The notes beneath the pieces are model-generated. The model searched no databases, had not been told where the DNA came from, and saw only the letters and a list, made by a program, of their open reading frames with translations. DNA of 63,372 bases, counting the filler, from Craspedostauros australis (lineage: Eukaryota), in NCBI GenBank assembly GCA_030167865.1. It is 11 parts of 11 records of this genome, joined end to end, with 100 filler letters (N's around TTAATTAATTAA, not from the genome) between each part and the next. Parts side by side here need not be neighbours in the genome. Positions count along the whole stretch, not along the records: positions 1 to 29,264 come from JALAGF010001386.1; 10 more parts are not named here. The stretch is one strand, 5' to 3'. The translations under genes and the position numbers were made by a program. This document shows positions 1 through 12,125 of this stretch, in pieces (the stretch's first letter is position 1; each line of letters begins with the position of its first letter).

Positions 1-1906
1 TGAGACTGGTCAACGTGGAGTGTTGTTGGCTGTCCTGGCATGGCAAATTTTGTTGTTGCCGCGCGCAGTCATCATCGTGTCTTGTGGAGGAGGAGTCACA
101 CGATGTCTCTTCCTCTGTTGTGACTCGTTTTTCATGACGTGGAATCCGTTCCATGTGACGTAGAAGACGGATCAGCGAGAGTAAACACGAAATAGCTCTA
201 AATATCCAATCGCCGTTTCTCCCAAAAGCAAGCAAACCAGTGGCAACAAGGGGCCAAAACTCCACAACTAGTGATATCGCGACACCGTTTTACATTGAGT
301 GCAGCTAGTATGTTACCTCCAGAGAGTGCTCTATTTGCTTGTTCACCTCATTTCTTGGCATATCATTGATTACACTTCCGTCTTGTGACCCAAACACATT
401 CTTTTGCCATCCATTTCTGGCGATATCCTGGGAGAAAGGATTGAATGGGACGTGGCGAGTTCGGCAATCGGCACATGTGGGAGGTCCCAAGTCTCTGGAG
501 TGGCGAATCACATCGGGTGGTAGATCTTGGGATGAATATTCTCGAATTGGAACAGGCTCTTCGAATGCTCGTGACATCCCACCCACAACTTCTCGAGATG
601 TTGATGATGCCAACAGTCATTACGTACGAGCAACGAGATGATTGCATTGTCTCTCCATGGGGAGGATTGACCGTGAGCATCGAATCACACATGACGACTT
701 TGTTTTGCTAGGCAACGGGAGAAAACATCCAACAGCACATCGTTGCTCATGGTTGTCGAACGAGACAATCACAATGCAATACATCTCACCACATGGACAT
801 GCACGGTCTCTCTCTCTGTGTGTGTCTGTGTGTTTGTGTGTTTGTGTGGAACAGTTTGGTGCTGTGGAGATCACCGCCGCCACAGGCGTAATTGCACCAT
901 CAGTTCTCAGTGTGTATTAGCACATTTGTTACAGGTAAATGCACCGCAAACTCAGCTTTGTGTTCCCGGTAGAACCATCACAAGACAGCGCTGCGGTATG
1001 GCTGTAGGAAAGCAGAAAAAGGAGAGAAACGCGGAGACGGAGGAAGTAGTCACCCAAAGGAATGGAAAAAGTGGCTATCAGGCGGCACCGTCATCGAGCC
1101 TGATCGTGGACACTAGCTGCTACTTCTCGCTATTTAGTGGCAATGGTGTTGATCACGGTCGGGACTCGACGGTATGAACCAGCGAATGCAGACATGCCGC
1201 TCGAATTGTCATTTGGACGATAGAGTACCAAACATTAGCGCATCCCAGTCCAGCGTTCTTGTCACAAACGCGCTGAATGGTTGTTTTTGTAGCACATTCG
1301 TGTACTCGACTGTACTAATACCAGTATTGTTTTGGTAGAGAAAAGATGGTAATTACAATTACCTCAAGGCCATCTTCTTCATCCCTTTCGGGTCAGCAGA
1401 ACGAACGCGATTCAAAAAACTACAGGAAAATATGTCCGTATGTGTGTCTGTGTTTTGTCGGAACGTCCATGTGTGTTAATTAAGCTGTTGTTGCGACTGT
1501 TCGGAGTATTCCCGTAGTAGCGATAATTGTCATCTGTTGGTGTGGGTCGGCAGCAACGTGACAAATGCAACCACTGTGGCAGCCGACTCGCTTTTTGGCA
1601 TCGTGTGACGATGCTTCGACTGTACCGCCGTGGCGCAACGCAACGCGACTCGAAACGACACAACACGAAGAACCGTGCAAAAAGGAGAAACGCCCTCCAC
1701 CATCACGACCAAACCCATCCCAACAACAAGACAGAGAGAAATAGAGAGCGAGGGGGGAGGCATCGCCGATTGATCATAAAATCAGGCAAGCCACCAATCC
1801 TCGACTCTGCTCTCTTCACCACAACCATTGCCTCAGCAACAACCACAATCACAACAAACAAATAAACACACAAACGAACGCACACACATTGACATCCAGA
1901 AGAAGC

Positions 1907-3598
1907 ATGACCAGAGGCAACAACATGGAGCGAAGCGGCCCAACGAACTCGCTGGCCCAACCGACGCTGCCCACAATCGGAGAAGACGCGTTCCTCAGCA
2001 CCAGGAGACGCAGCTTCTCTGCCGACTCCAACGTCCCCGCTGCCTCCACCCTCGACAAGCGCAGCCACCACAGCAGCGGCAGCCACAAGAGGAGGAAGGC
2101 CAAGAAGAGCGGCAGCAGCAGCAAGAAGAACAAGGAGACTGCCGTCCCCAAGTCCTTCGCCTTCCGCCACAGCAAGAAGAGCAAGGATACCTCCTCCATC
2201 AAATCCCCCGTCTCTCCACGTTGCAAGAAGCGTAGCACGCGTTGCATCAAGCTGCTGTCCAAGCGGGCGCAGCATGACCAGATCTCGCAGCATGAAACCT
2301 TCTTCACGCCGTTGCCACCGGCACCGCCCCTGCACAGCATGACGGAGCCGCATCAGAGTCAACCAGAACGTCAGCAATCATATCAGCAACAGTATCAGCA
2401 ACAGTATCAGCAGCAACAGACAGAGTCCGTCCACAAAAACGCGCTGCATGATTCCGCGGAGACCGTCATGGATGAAGACGATGAGTACCTCGAGATCGTC
2501 GGCGCCAAGTCCATGGCAGAAGCGGCCCTTCCCATCAAGTCCTTCCAATTCCAAACATTCCAGCTGTCATCGCAGGGCAACGGCGACGAGACGGTGCAGA
2601 TACGCAGGCAGCGAGACCAGCAGCCCCTCGCCCAAATCCAGAACATCTACAGGCACATGAAGGTGCTCACTGCGATTGATGATGACAGCGTTGTCAACAC
2701 GGACAGTGTCGTCGGCAACAGCAATGGTGGTAACGATACCAGCAATGTCAACGCAGATGCCAACACAAGTATCAACGGCAACAACAACAGCAACAACACT
2801 GACGCATCCAACGTCGACAGCACTGCCAGCGGCGCTCCCAATCTCGCAGCCAAACCAAAGGTCAAGGCTGAGAAGATCCAGGCCATCCTGCACCGCCACC
2901 GCAATCAGGACGGCAGGCACCACTACCGCATCTTCGGTCTGCAGCCCATCTACGAGGGCCAGAAGCCCTGCAAGGACATCATGGAAAGCATGGATCGCTA
3001 TTACAACAGGAGCGATGAGAATGACACCACCGGCGACACCAACACCAAGAACAAGCTTGGGAAGAGAATTGGCAAGAAACCAGACAAGAAGTCTGACAAG
3101 GCTGCTACCTCGAAGACTGGTAGCGGCCAAGGTCGAGCCAAAACCGGCAGCAGCAAAAGAAGAAACAACAGCGAGAACAGCATCGGCAAGTCGCCTGAAG
3201 CCAGCGGCAGGAACACCACCACCAGCAACAACAGCAGCAACAACAGCGGTGCCAATATCACCCACGACAGCAGCCGCACCGCCGCAACCGTCCACATCCC
3301 AGCATTCTACCAGTGGGCCGAAATCAAAAACTCAAACACTGGCCTCCACATGAAGTTCTCAATGAAGCTCAAAGGCGAGCCAGCCCTCAAGTTCGTCACG
3401 GAGCATTTCGGTCCCTCGATCTTTCGATGGAACCGCAAGCGCGGATTCCTCGTCAAGGCCACTGGCAACGTCTGCGCGGGCGTCACATACACGAGCACCG
3501 GCAACAGCTCCCTCGTGCTGCGTCCCGGCGTCGATCCCTGCCTCATGTCTTGTCTCGCGGTCGTCATCGAGGAAATGACAGATAACATGCTCAAATAG
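1907..3598 (+). CDS. Hypothetical protein with low-complexity N-terminus and possible C-terminal LURP-one/Tubby-C-like barrel
   Basis: Long ORF with codon usage like neighbouring genes. First ATG is at 1907 (the ORF track starts at an upstream TTG). C-terminus VLRPGVDPCLMSCLAVVIEEM resembles the terminal helix motif of LURP1/Tubby-C-like proteins. Confidence 0.7.
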   Translation: MTRGNNMERSGPTNSLAQPTLPTIGEDAFLSTRRRSFSADSNVPAASTLDKRSHHSSGSHKRRKAKKSGSSSKKNKETAVPKSFAFRHSKKSKDTSSIKSPVSPRCKKRSTRCIKLLSKRAQHDQISQHETFFTPLPPAPPLHSMTEPHQSQPERQQSYQQQYQQQYQQQQTESVHKNALHDSAETVMDEDDEYLEIVGAKSMAEAALPIKSFQFQTFQLSSQGNGDETVQIRRQRDQQPLAQIQNIYRHMKVLTAIDDDSVVNTDSVVGNSNGGNDTSNVNADANTSINGNNNSNNTDASNVDSTASGAPNLAAKPKVKAEKIQAILHRHRNQDGRHHYRIFGLQPIYEGQKPCKDIMESMDRYYNRSDENDTTGDTNTKNKLGKRIGKKPDKKSDKAATSKTGSGQGRAKTGSSKRRNNSENSIGKSPEASGRNTTTSNNSSNNSGANITHDSSRTAATVHIPAFYQWAEIKNSNTGLHMKFSMKLKGEPALKFVTEHFGPSIFRWNRKRGFLVKATGNVCAGVTYTSTGNSSLVLRPGVDPCLMSCLAVVIEEMTDNMLK

Positions 3599-4368
3599 AA
3601 AACCTTGTGAATGCATACTCATACGTGCAGACAATCGCTCAATGCGCCATACAATTATTAAAGAGGACTCGCGCTCTGCTGCTCTCTGGTCGTACTCGTA
3701 TTCATGCGCACGGAGATACATACCCGTAGAGGAACACACTTGCTCGGCGTGGTGCTCGGCACCCAAGCTTTCCATTTCTCCGATATGTGGCGGTATCACT
3801 GCCACAGAACTGCCATCGGAGGTTAATCCATCGCGCTCACTCGGCGACGTTTGCATCCTTGCCACAACATCAGGATTGCGGAGGGTGGGTACGACCTCCG
3901 ATTGCGCTCGTCTCACCCCATCTACTCGTACTCGCGCTCGCACTCGTGGTCGCCACAGTCTACCCTGACTCGAGAGAGGCAATGCCGTGACGACAAGCAT
4001 CTCGAAATTCGAGCCATCACTTTCCGACTACCAAAGAAGCAAATCAAATTTTAAAATGTGGGGAGATGGAAATCGCAAGAATTCTCTTTTTGTCACACCT
4101 TCGAAGAACATCGCGATGACGAAACACCAGACAGGAGAAGGAAGATGATGGTGCGTGTTTCGATCTTCGAAACCCCAACAATCCAGGGTGGCGTCATCGC
4201 CAGCAGCGGGAGCAACATCGATGAGAGTGTGAAGTGCTGGCAGCTGTCTTTGCCGATCAAGAGGTCTTGAGTTGGTGGATGCACATCCGGCGAGGCCAAG
4301 TGCATTGGTCACAAATCAAGCTCCCCTAAACCAACGAGCACGACTCTCGCCTCAACGCAGGCGCAACA

Positions 4369-7300
4369 ATGACATTCGTTTCCGCAGAAGTGGCCGCGGG
4401 CTCGAATCCAACAACATCACAACAGAAACGGGCGAGGTTTCAATCCACCAATCGGCAGGAGGTCTTCGAAACCTCTGACTTGCAACATAATGACCCTCGA
4501 ACTGGCGATGAGTCTTCATCTCAACAACCGACGACTCAAAACGGTGCCGATGATGCGGCCGATGTTGATGATCACGACCATCACGACCATCACGATCAGC
4601 TGCTTTTTCAAAGGCACAGACGCAAAAGCGTCTCAACACGCTTCACCTTCAGCGAGTCCACTCGATCAACCATCCTGACTATAGCTGGGTCATCCCATGG
4701 AGGATTGGCAGAGAAGAATGCAAGTGGCGAACTGCCCAGTCATCACCGGCACCATCAACGACAGAAACGGCATCGGCAGAAAATGCGACGGCACGAGCAG
4801 CAGAAACGACGACGAAGTCTATCGATCATCTCCAGGTTCACGAGGAACGGCGGCGACATCGCCACACGTCTCGACATGGCGCTGCGCACAACGATCGGGA
4901 CTGTCATCAACTTCGCATGCTTCCGGCATGAATTCTTCCACGGCGTTTGGATTGCCAACATGTTCTTCCATGTTTGCCTCGCCGATCCAACCATCGGCGC
5001 GTCGTCTCTGGCATTCCAGAAATTCGCCTTCAGCGTCATCATCACGACGCTCTTGAGTTGGCCCATCGCCATTTGGTTCGAAAGCGGAGCTTTATCCATG
5101 ATGACGAGGCAGATCCTGCTGCCAATCTTCATCTTCTTTCTGTCCTTGCTTTTCATGCTGTGTCCATGGCTGTCCTACCGCAACCTCATGGTGCTCATCT
5201 CCTACATCGTCATCGCGCTGCCCGTTCGCAACACGAATTTGGATTGGTACGGACCGTGGGGATACTGCGCATCCTACGTCGCCTGCACATGCGTCGCGGT
5301 CCTCATGACGATCCCCAACCGTGCCTGCAACCGGATCTCCGTCCTACTGCATCACTACGAATCCGATGCCTGCCAGTGCTTGACGGAAATCCGCGCCTAC
5401 ACCATGTCGGCGGGGCACGCATCGAAGGTGGCACGTGCCGCGATATCGGGCATCCAGCTTTTGGTCGGACGCATGGATACCACCGTGCGCGAATTGAAAC
5501 GGTTGACACCTGCGGCAAGCGAGGAACTGAGGTTGCAGCAATGGATGGGAGGCGGCACGAGGATAAGGTGGCGGCGTCAAGGGCAGAAGCGCTGCCAACC
5601 TCAGTCGGTCGTCGCCCGACTGGAGCATTGGATTCAGCACTTGGAAAGGCAGATTATGGATTATCATTTGCTGACAACCGCGCTGGGGCAGCACTATCTG
5701 GGTGAAGCGTCGCCCCTCCAATCACAAGATGCCGTGCGGATGCGGATTCTGATCGCCAAGCACATTTCCCCGATGTACCAGCATCTGATAGATCACATGG
5801 CGCATGCGATACAGCTGGGGACGCTGATGGCGGACCCCATTGCTTGTCACGCCGACGATCCTGACGATGTCACCGTCATGACGGAACTGTGCAAAGAGAT
5901 CGAAGTGGCATTCTCTAACGCCATCCAGGAGGCGGCGATGACTGTGGGTAGCAACGTCAACGCGCAGCCGGGACAACAGAAAGTCAAACCACAGTTGGCT
6001 CATTTGGCACGCCGCATGGCGACCTTCCGCAGCTTCATGTCGATCGCGGACAATCTCATCACGTACTTGAAGGATGAAAACGATGCCAAAGATCAAAACA
6101 TGAACCACGAACGAGCGACGGTGGTGCCCGCAGGTCATACCGCGGCCACAACGGCAGCTACAACGGCAGGTACGAACAGCCGAGTACGCGACGGAAGAAT
6201 GACTCGGATCTGTTGCCTCCCATTCAGGATCATTGCCAACATGCTCCAGTATCTCATTCGTGAGTTTTGGACTCCGTCCTGGCTTTGGCGCAACGAGGCC
6301 GATCGGAACTTGGCATTCAAGATGGCCGCGGGCATGTGCATCAGCTCTCTCTTCGTCTCCGTCGATGCCTTGTGGAAGGTCGCCGCACCGTTCGGCCTGT
6401 GGCCCGCAATCACGGTGGCGATCGTCAACTTGGGGCAACGGGGAAGCAGCTTCCAAAAGGCTTCCGACCGATTGTTCGGAACCGCCTTCGCTGTCGCATT
6501 CGGCATGCTCGTGGTCGATGTCTTTCCGAATCAGGACGAGGACACCGTGCACATTTGCGCGATCGGGGTCTTCACATTCGTCATGATTTACCTTCGCAAC
6601 CCCGAGCATGCCTACATGTACACCTACGCTGCCATGAGCATCGGGGCGATACTGATCGGCGCAACAGAGAATGGGTACGACGTCGAGGAGTACATCCCAA
6701 AGCGAATTCAGCTTATCTTCGTGGGCGTGTTTATCTTTGCGAGCGTCGAGCTGTTCCTATTCCCACGCAGCAGCCGGAACGTGGTTGAGACGATGAGCTT
6801 GAGTGTGTTGTTCCAATGCGAGTCGTTCCTGGGCGAAGGCAAGTCCTTCTTGGAGCAGCTGGAACACGATGTCGCAGCTCATCACGTGGACGTCGAAACA
6901 GGTGAGCACATCAGCACACAGAGAGACGGTGCTGCGACGAGCGATCGCGACGATCCACGAACCATCGAGATGGAAAAGGAGGCACAGCAACGTCACCAAA
7001 TCAACGCGGCCGACTCGCCATCCAAGACGAAGCTTGAGGAACTGCAGCAGAGCATCCATTCGTGTGCTTCGAGTTTGGCCCAAGAGGTACCGTCAGCGTT
7101 GAAAGAACCATACTTTGGCTTCTCTCAAAGATTGATTCCAGCTCCGATTATCAACATCAGCAGGGAGGCGACACTGTTGGATCGCCAAACCACACTACTG
7201 ATGAAGGCCTTCACGCGAATTCCAGCGCTTTATTCCAATCAGGTATGGAACTCTCCTTCACATACCCATGCATATTCGTTTAGTCAGAAACACAACAGCA

Positions 7301-7770
7301 GCAGAAACGGCGTCGCAGCAGGAACAGGAGCAGAATCAGGAGTAGCAGGAACAACGGCAGCGATCCTTGCAGAGGAACGACGCGACTGGCCAAAGGTGTA
7401 CCACCAAATGATCTCGATGGCATCGCAGCAGATTCAGAAATGCTGTGACAATCTCCGAGTCGCGTTTCCGGATGGGCGATTGCGACCACAGCATGGCAAT
7501 TCGCTGGACGCGGTCGCTGCCGCCGCATCTTTCAAGGAAATGAATTCGATCCGATTGCAGCTGGTCGACATGTGGTCGCGGAGCTTCTACGAGATGCAAG
7601 GCTACCATCTGGAACGTGCAGGGGGCGACCGTGCAAAAGCGATAGAGTCGATGAACCCGACACAGGTAGTGACCCTGGGTGTCACCATCTCTTATCTGCT
7701 GGAGATCTGCCGCCACTGCCATCAGATCGGCGAGAATTTGGAAGCGTACGCCCGAAGCTTCCCACGATAG
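4369..7770 (+). CDS. FUSC/ALMT (aromatic acid exporter) family multi-pass membrane protein
   Basis: 1133-aa ORF with two clusters of about 5-6 TM helices, each followed by a helical soluble region. The second cluster has LAFKMAAG...GLWPAITVAIV...GSSFQKASDRLFGTAFA, typical of FUSC-like domains. Confidence 0.75.
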   Translation: MTFVSAEVAAGSNPTTSQQKRARFQSTNRQEVFETSDLQHNDPRTGDESSSQQPTTQNGADDAADVDDHDHHDHHDQLLFQRHRRKSVSTRFTFSESTRSTILTIAGSSHGGLAEKNASGELPSHHRHHQRQKRHRQKMRRHEQQKRRRSLSIISRFTRNGGDIATRLDMALRTTIGTVINFACFRHEFFHGVWIANMFFHVCLADPTIGASSLAFQKFAFSVIITTLLSWPIAIWFESGALSMMTRQILLPIFIFFLSLLFMLCPWLSYRNLMVLISYIVIALPVRNTNLDWYGPWGYCASYVACTCVAVLMTIPNRACNRISVLLHHYESDACQCLTEIRAYTMSAGHASKVARAAISGIQLLVGRMDTTVRELKRLTPAASEELRLQQWMGGGTRIRWRRQGQKRCQPQSVVARLEHWIQHLERQIMDYHLLTTALGQHYLGEASPLQSQDAVRMRILIAKHISPMYQHLIDHMAHAIQLGTLMADPIACHADDPDDVTVMTELCKEIEVAFSNAIQEAAMTVGSNVNAQPGQQKVKPQLAHLARRMATFRSFMSIADNLITYLKDENDAKDQNMNHERATVVPAGHTAATTAATTAGTNSRVRDGRMTRICCLPFRIIANMLQYLIREFWTPSWLWRNEADRNLAFKMAAGMCISSLFVSVDALWKVAAPFGLWPAITVAIVNLGQRGSSFQKASDRLFGTAFAVAFGMLVVDVFPNQDEDTVHICAIGVFTFVMIYLRNPEHAYMYTYAAMSIGAILIGATENGYDVEEYIPKRIQLIFVGVFIFASVELFLFPRSSRNVVETMSLSVLFQCESFLGEGKSFLEQLEHDVAAHHVDVETGEHISTQRDGAATSDRDDPRTIEMEKEAQQRHQINAADSPSKTKLEELQQSIHSCASSLAQEVPSALKEPYFGFSQRLIPAPIINISREATLLDRQTTLLMKAFTRIPALYSNQVWNSPSHTHAYSFSQKHNSSRNGVAAGTGAESGVAGTTAAILAEERRDWPKVYHQMISMASQQIQKCCDNLRVAFPDGRLRPQHGNSLDAVAAAASFKEMNSIRLQLVDMWSRSFYEMQGYHLERAGGDRAKAIESMNPTQVVTLGVTISYLLEICRHCHQIGENLEAYARSFPR

Positions 7771-8506
7771 TCGACAATGACAAGTCGGTTGAGGCTTCCA
7801 AACTCTTATCACGCGGAAAGATCCTGCGATTTGGATCCGAGCTGGCCTCGCAACTCGAGGTAGAGCCTGTTACTAGTACGAGTAGATCGTTTGCACACTT
7901 TGGCATTATCGTTACGACGAGATCTTGGTTCCTCAAACGAGGTACGAAGATTGAACGGGCGATGGACAGTATTTCAAATTTCATTGTGTGAGTCGGAGAC
8001 AACCAAGACTGTGTTCGTTCACGCGATTGCACGATTCGATGTGAGTCGTGTGGACTTCGGGTTTTGTTCTCTTTTGATTTGTTCGAAACGCCGCGTTGAT
8101 GTTCTTTGCAACTGTTCTTTTGTGCCAAAGAGGGCGGCTCGTGCCGAACGCGATGGAACAACGGCTCGTTGCTTCGCAAGGTCGCGTGCTTTTGTGTGCG
8201 CGATTCTGCCCAAGTTGAGTAAGACGAATGGAAATCCGCACATCAAACATCGAAAAGATCGACTTCTTCTGGTCGGTTTCCTCCATTTCTTTGCCCAAGA
8301 GAGGAACTCCGCAACACAGACAACACAACACAGCAATACCAATGCCATATCGATACTGTCGTCCATAGCACTACTGCGCTCTGCTCGTACACTACATATT
8401 ATCCTTTATTATTCGTTTTTCTGATCATATTACATAGTATTCTATATTATTATACTCGTGCACTTTTTGTACTCCCTGCACTCTCTGCACTCGGAGAGCC
8501 TCCGAG

Positions 8507-9955
8507 ATGGCGTACCGACTGAAGCAGGTGACGTACAACAAGCGCAAGCACAAGATCCTGGTGCAGAACGAGAATGGCCCCTGCCCTCTGATCGCCGCCG
8601 CCAATGCGCTGCTGCTGCGCGACGCCATCAAGCTGCCCAGCAACTGCGTGGGAGCCGGCGTCATCAAGATCGACGAGCTCATCAACGTGCTGGCGGAGAA
8701 GGTGCTGAACAACTCCTCGCAGCAGTCGCAGTCGATGAACCACCAGTTCGCCGTGCAGGAGGTCATGCAGGTGTTTCCGTCGCTGCAGTACGGCATGGAC
8801 GTCAACCCCAAGTTCACGAAGGGGCCGTCGGGTGTGGAGTACACGAAGCAGCTCAACGCCTTCGATCTGCTCCACGTGGACCTCGTGCACGGGTGGCTGG
8901 TGGACCCTAACGACCCGGAAGAAGCCGGGCTCATCGGCGACCAAACCTACAATCAGCTTATCAACCAGGTCATCAAGGGCAACGAGGCGAAGTCCGAGCT
9001 CGAGGCGCTGCACAAAAAGAGCGACGCGGTTGCCAGCATCCTTCTGATGGACCCGGCGCAGCAGATGACGCCGCAGGAGAAAAGGCAGAAGGAGCACCAG
9101 CTATCTGCCACCGCCACCAACGGGTCGCTGATCCACAACTTCCTGGAACGATCCGCCCATCAGCTGACGCAGTACGGCCTGCAGGTGCTGCACGAGCGCG
9201 TCAAGGAGAACGATCTGTGCGTGTTCTTCCGCAACAACCACTTCAACACGCTCACGAAGCACAAGGGCATGCTGTACCTGCTCGTCACGGACTTGGGATT
9301 CGCCACGATGCCGGATGTGATTTGGGAGAGGTTGGATGTCATCGATGGTGACACGGAGTACGTCAACGCGGCCTTCGTTCGGCCTGCGCTGCCGCAATCG
9401 GTGGGCATGCCACAGGCGGCGGCGACGGGGCAGCAAGTGCTCGCCAACAACGCGCAATCGAACGTCGATTTCCAACTGGCGTTGCAGCTCAGTCGCGAAT
9501 CCAGTACGGGCGATGTCGCGAAGGCGCCGAGAAAGCAAGCTGGCGCACAAGCAAATTTACCACCATCCACGACGGCTGCGAACGCAAGACCTATCCCGCA
9601 GCCAACACCCAACAATCAGCTGGAAGCAGATGCCAACGCAGACATCCAAGCGGCGATGCAGGCCAGCATGATGGAGTTCCAGCGAGAGCAATCGCAACGC
9701 GCGGGTCAACCGTTCCACGCACAGCCAGTCACCGTCGCGATTGGAGTTCCATCCATGGCGGATGAGCTCATGGCGCGACAGCTGTACGAAAATGAAGATG
9801 CCAGCCGTCGGCTGGCAATGCAGTTGCAACAGGAAGAACGGGAGCAGCAGCGGCAGCAAACCCGACCGACTCGGAATGTGCAGAGGTCACGGCAGAATGC
9901 TGCCACGACGAGCAGAACAAAGACGCAGGATGGCAGCAACTGCTGCATATCTTGA
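8507..9955 (+). CDS. MINDY-1/2 (FAM63) family deubiquitinase
   Basis: Catalytic Cys motif QNENGPCPLIAAANALLLR and His motif FFRNNHFNTL, plus LYLLVTDLGF. MIU-like helices DFQLALQL, DELMARQL and SRRLAMQL. C-terminal CaaX (CCIS). Confidence 0.92.
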   Translation: MAYRLKQVTYNKRKHKILVQNENGPCPLIAAANALLLRDAIKLPSNCVGAGVIKIDELINVLAEKVLNNSSQQSQSMNHQFAVQEVMQVFPSLQYGMDVNPKFTKGPSGVEYTKQLNAFDLLHVDLVHGWLVDPNDPEEAGLIGDQTYNQLINQVIKGNEAKSELEALHKKSDAVASILLMDPAQQMTPQEKRQKEHQLSATATNGSLIHNFLERSAHQLTQYGLQVLHERVKENDLCVFFRNNHFNTLTKHKGMLYLLVTDLGFATMPDVIWERLDVIDGDTEYVNAAFVRPALPQSVGMPQAAATGQQVLANNAQSNVDFQLALQLSRESSTGDVAKAPRKQAGAQANLPPSTTAANARPIPQPTPNNQLEADANADIQAAMQASMMEFQREQSQRAGQPFHAQPVTVAIGVPSMADELMARQLYENEDASRRLAMQLQQEEREQQRQQTRPTRNVQRSRQNAATTSRTKTQDGSNCCIS

Positions 9956-10676
9956 GCACGGTTGCCTGTCGCAGAGCGTCATCAGTCTTTTCCATCACGA
10001 TGTTGTCGCCAACTTCTGATTGCGAGAGAGTAACATACATATGACAATACCCTGTTAATTGGCAATGATGCTCCTGGCGGCCAGACTAACAATCACGGTA
10101 GCGATTGAAAGATTCTGATCTCCTCTCGAAGTCTTGTGATAGTGCCGCATGGGTGCCAGGACCGCATCTGGTTCCCATACAGAATACTGACGATGGATGG
10201 TACGTAAGCTATAGAGAGGAATGTAGAGCTTGTGATTTTGTGTCTGCCCTTCGGTTGTTTCACGTGCTTCGCGGACACGAGTTCTCCTTCCGCTGTATTG
10301 CACGGCCTTGCTGAGAACAATGGCCGCACCCAACATCGAATTCGGTTCTCCCATGCGTCCCCTGTTGTGACTGTACCACAAAGAGAGCAACAACAAACGC
10401 CTCAAGAGTAACATCGACAACACCCGTTATGCTGCTACTAATATCACTTACTCTGTTATAATATATAATATAATATAAGCATCATACGCAATTCAATTGC
10501 GTATCTGTGGCGTTACATGTGCTTGTGGAAGACGCCAGTTACAGATAATGCCAGTGTCTGTGGTACAGTCAACAATCCAACACCAGCAGCAACATCAACG
10601 ACAACGACAACAAAGCCACCATCAACGCCATTGACAAGACGACCTGCAGCTGAATCAGCACCATCATCTTCACATC

Positions 10677-12125
10677 ATGGCGCCGTCAAATACAACCGCA
10701 CCCCCCAACACGAAGAGCTTGTCCATTTCCGGCATGAAGGCCAAGCGTGTTGTCGTCTTCATCGTCGTCATCACCATTGCAGTGGCGAATTGTGGGCTCT
10801 CTGCGTTTTCATTGGGGTCGTCCCAGTTCTTCAATGATGCAGTGAGAGATGCCGCCAACGCTCCAGCCAACACAGCCAGCGGCGATTTACATCCACACCG
10901 ATGGACTCATAACATCACAGACTTTCCTGCCTTCATGTTGCAATGGCCAACTGATATTTTCGAACCGCATCAGTGCAACTTCATGAACTCCTCGATGGCA
11001 CATACCTTCAGTGTCACTGACTATCCAAGATCGTACAGTTTAGACGACACCCTCCACGTGGACTATGGCAACCTCACTGAAGCGTTGGATCAAGCTGGCG
11101 CAATGACAGATGGAGGCGACCCCACGAACCCATGGATGAATGGGCGAACTCCCTCCAACCATATCACCACGGTTATCTGCGCGAAAGCAATGAAGCCATG
11201 GATCTTTCATTTCCCACATCTGCTCCAGAATCTGCTACCGTGCTGGTCGTTGTGGCGGCTCTTCCCAGACGTCGAGCATGTTTTTCTTCTTGGCCCGGAA
11301 TTCAAACCGGAACATGTTCACATAACCCAGTTCAACGAGGGGATTTTCGCCCTGTTCCAAGCAAACAATATCACAGTCTCATACGAGCGATCGAAGCCAT
11401 ACATCAACCACCTCAAAACCTTGGGGAAGAATATCCTCGTTGCAAAGGGAAATCTGAATTATCGCTCTGGTTACCGAGCGATCCACGAAGACGATCTGCA
11501 GCATTTTCGACGAAGCACCATGTCCATGCTCGGCATGGAACACTATATCACACAATCCTGTGGAGTGTCATCCCTCACAGAATTGACGGCCAAAACGAAT
11601 GCAGAAACAAGCGATCGATCAACTGGCAATCAGCATCTCCTGCGCCCACCACGCATCGGAATTGCCACTCGCACGGCCAGCAGACGAGTTCATGGCGCGC
11701 ACAACATCTCCTCACTTCTGCAGGATGAACTTGACCTGAAATACAGACCACCTGTTTTTCTCATGGAAAGTCTGTCATTTGAAGAGCAAGTGGAGCTGTT
11801 TGCCAATGTCGATATTCTATTGACACCACATGGTGCGCACTTGACTGGAGTTCCGTTCATGCCTCGTTGTGGCTCGGTCATAGAGCTGCTGCCGTATGGC
11901 TACGACTGGAATGAGTTCTTTGGAACGCTGACAGCAATGTCAGGTCTGAATCATTCCTACATTTACCTTGGGGAAGACCCAGTCGCAGAAACTCGGTTCT
12001 TCCACAAACGGAATAGGGATCAAGAGGTGCGTTCCGCAGACATTTGTGTGCCAGCACATCGGGTGATCGAGGCCGTGAAGATCCAGGTCGACCATTGGCA
12101 TCAATGTTGTGGATCTGCTCCCTAG
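10677..12125 (+). CDS. Glycosyltransferase family 61 (DUF563) type II membrane protein
   Basis: N-terminal signal anchor VVVFIVVITIAVA and the GT61 signature LSFEEQVELFANVDILLTPHGAHLTGVPFMPRCGSVIELLP. Confidence 0.85.
   Translation: MAPSNTTAPPNTKSLSISGMKAKRVVVFIVVITIAVANCGLSAFSLGSSQFFNDAVRDAANAPANTASGDLHPHRWTHNITDFPAFMLQWPTDIFEPHQCNFMNSSMAHTFSVTDYPRSYSLDDTLHVDYGNLTEALDQAGAMTDGGDPTNPWMNGRTPSNHITTVICAKAMKPWIFHFPHLLQNLLPCWSLWRLFPDVEHVFLLGPEFKPEHVHITQFNEGIFALFQANNITVSYERSKPYINHLKTLGKNILVAKGNLNYRSGYRAIHEDDLQHFRRSTMSMLGMEHYITQSCGVSSLTELTAKTNAETSDRSTGNQHLLRPPRIGIATRTASRRVHGAHNISSLLQDELDLKYRPPVFLMESLSFEEQVELFANVDILLTPHGAHLTGVPFMPRCGSVIELLPYGYDWNEFFGTLTAMSGLNHSYIYLGEDPVAETRFFHKRNRDQEVRSADICVPAHRVIEAVKIQVDHWHQCCGSAP

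Noticed and set aside
305..1177. Overlapping 90-140 aa ORFs at the window start (also 12349-12985, 28592-29254 and 33743-35677)
   Set aside because: No domain motifs or host-like codon bias, so they cannot be supported as genes.
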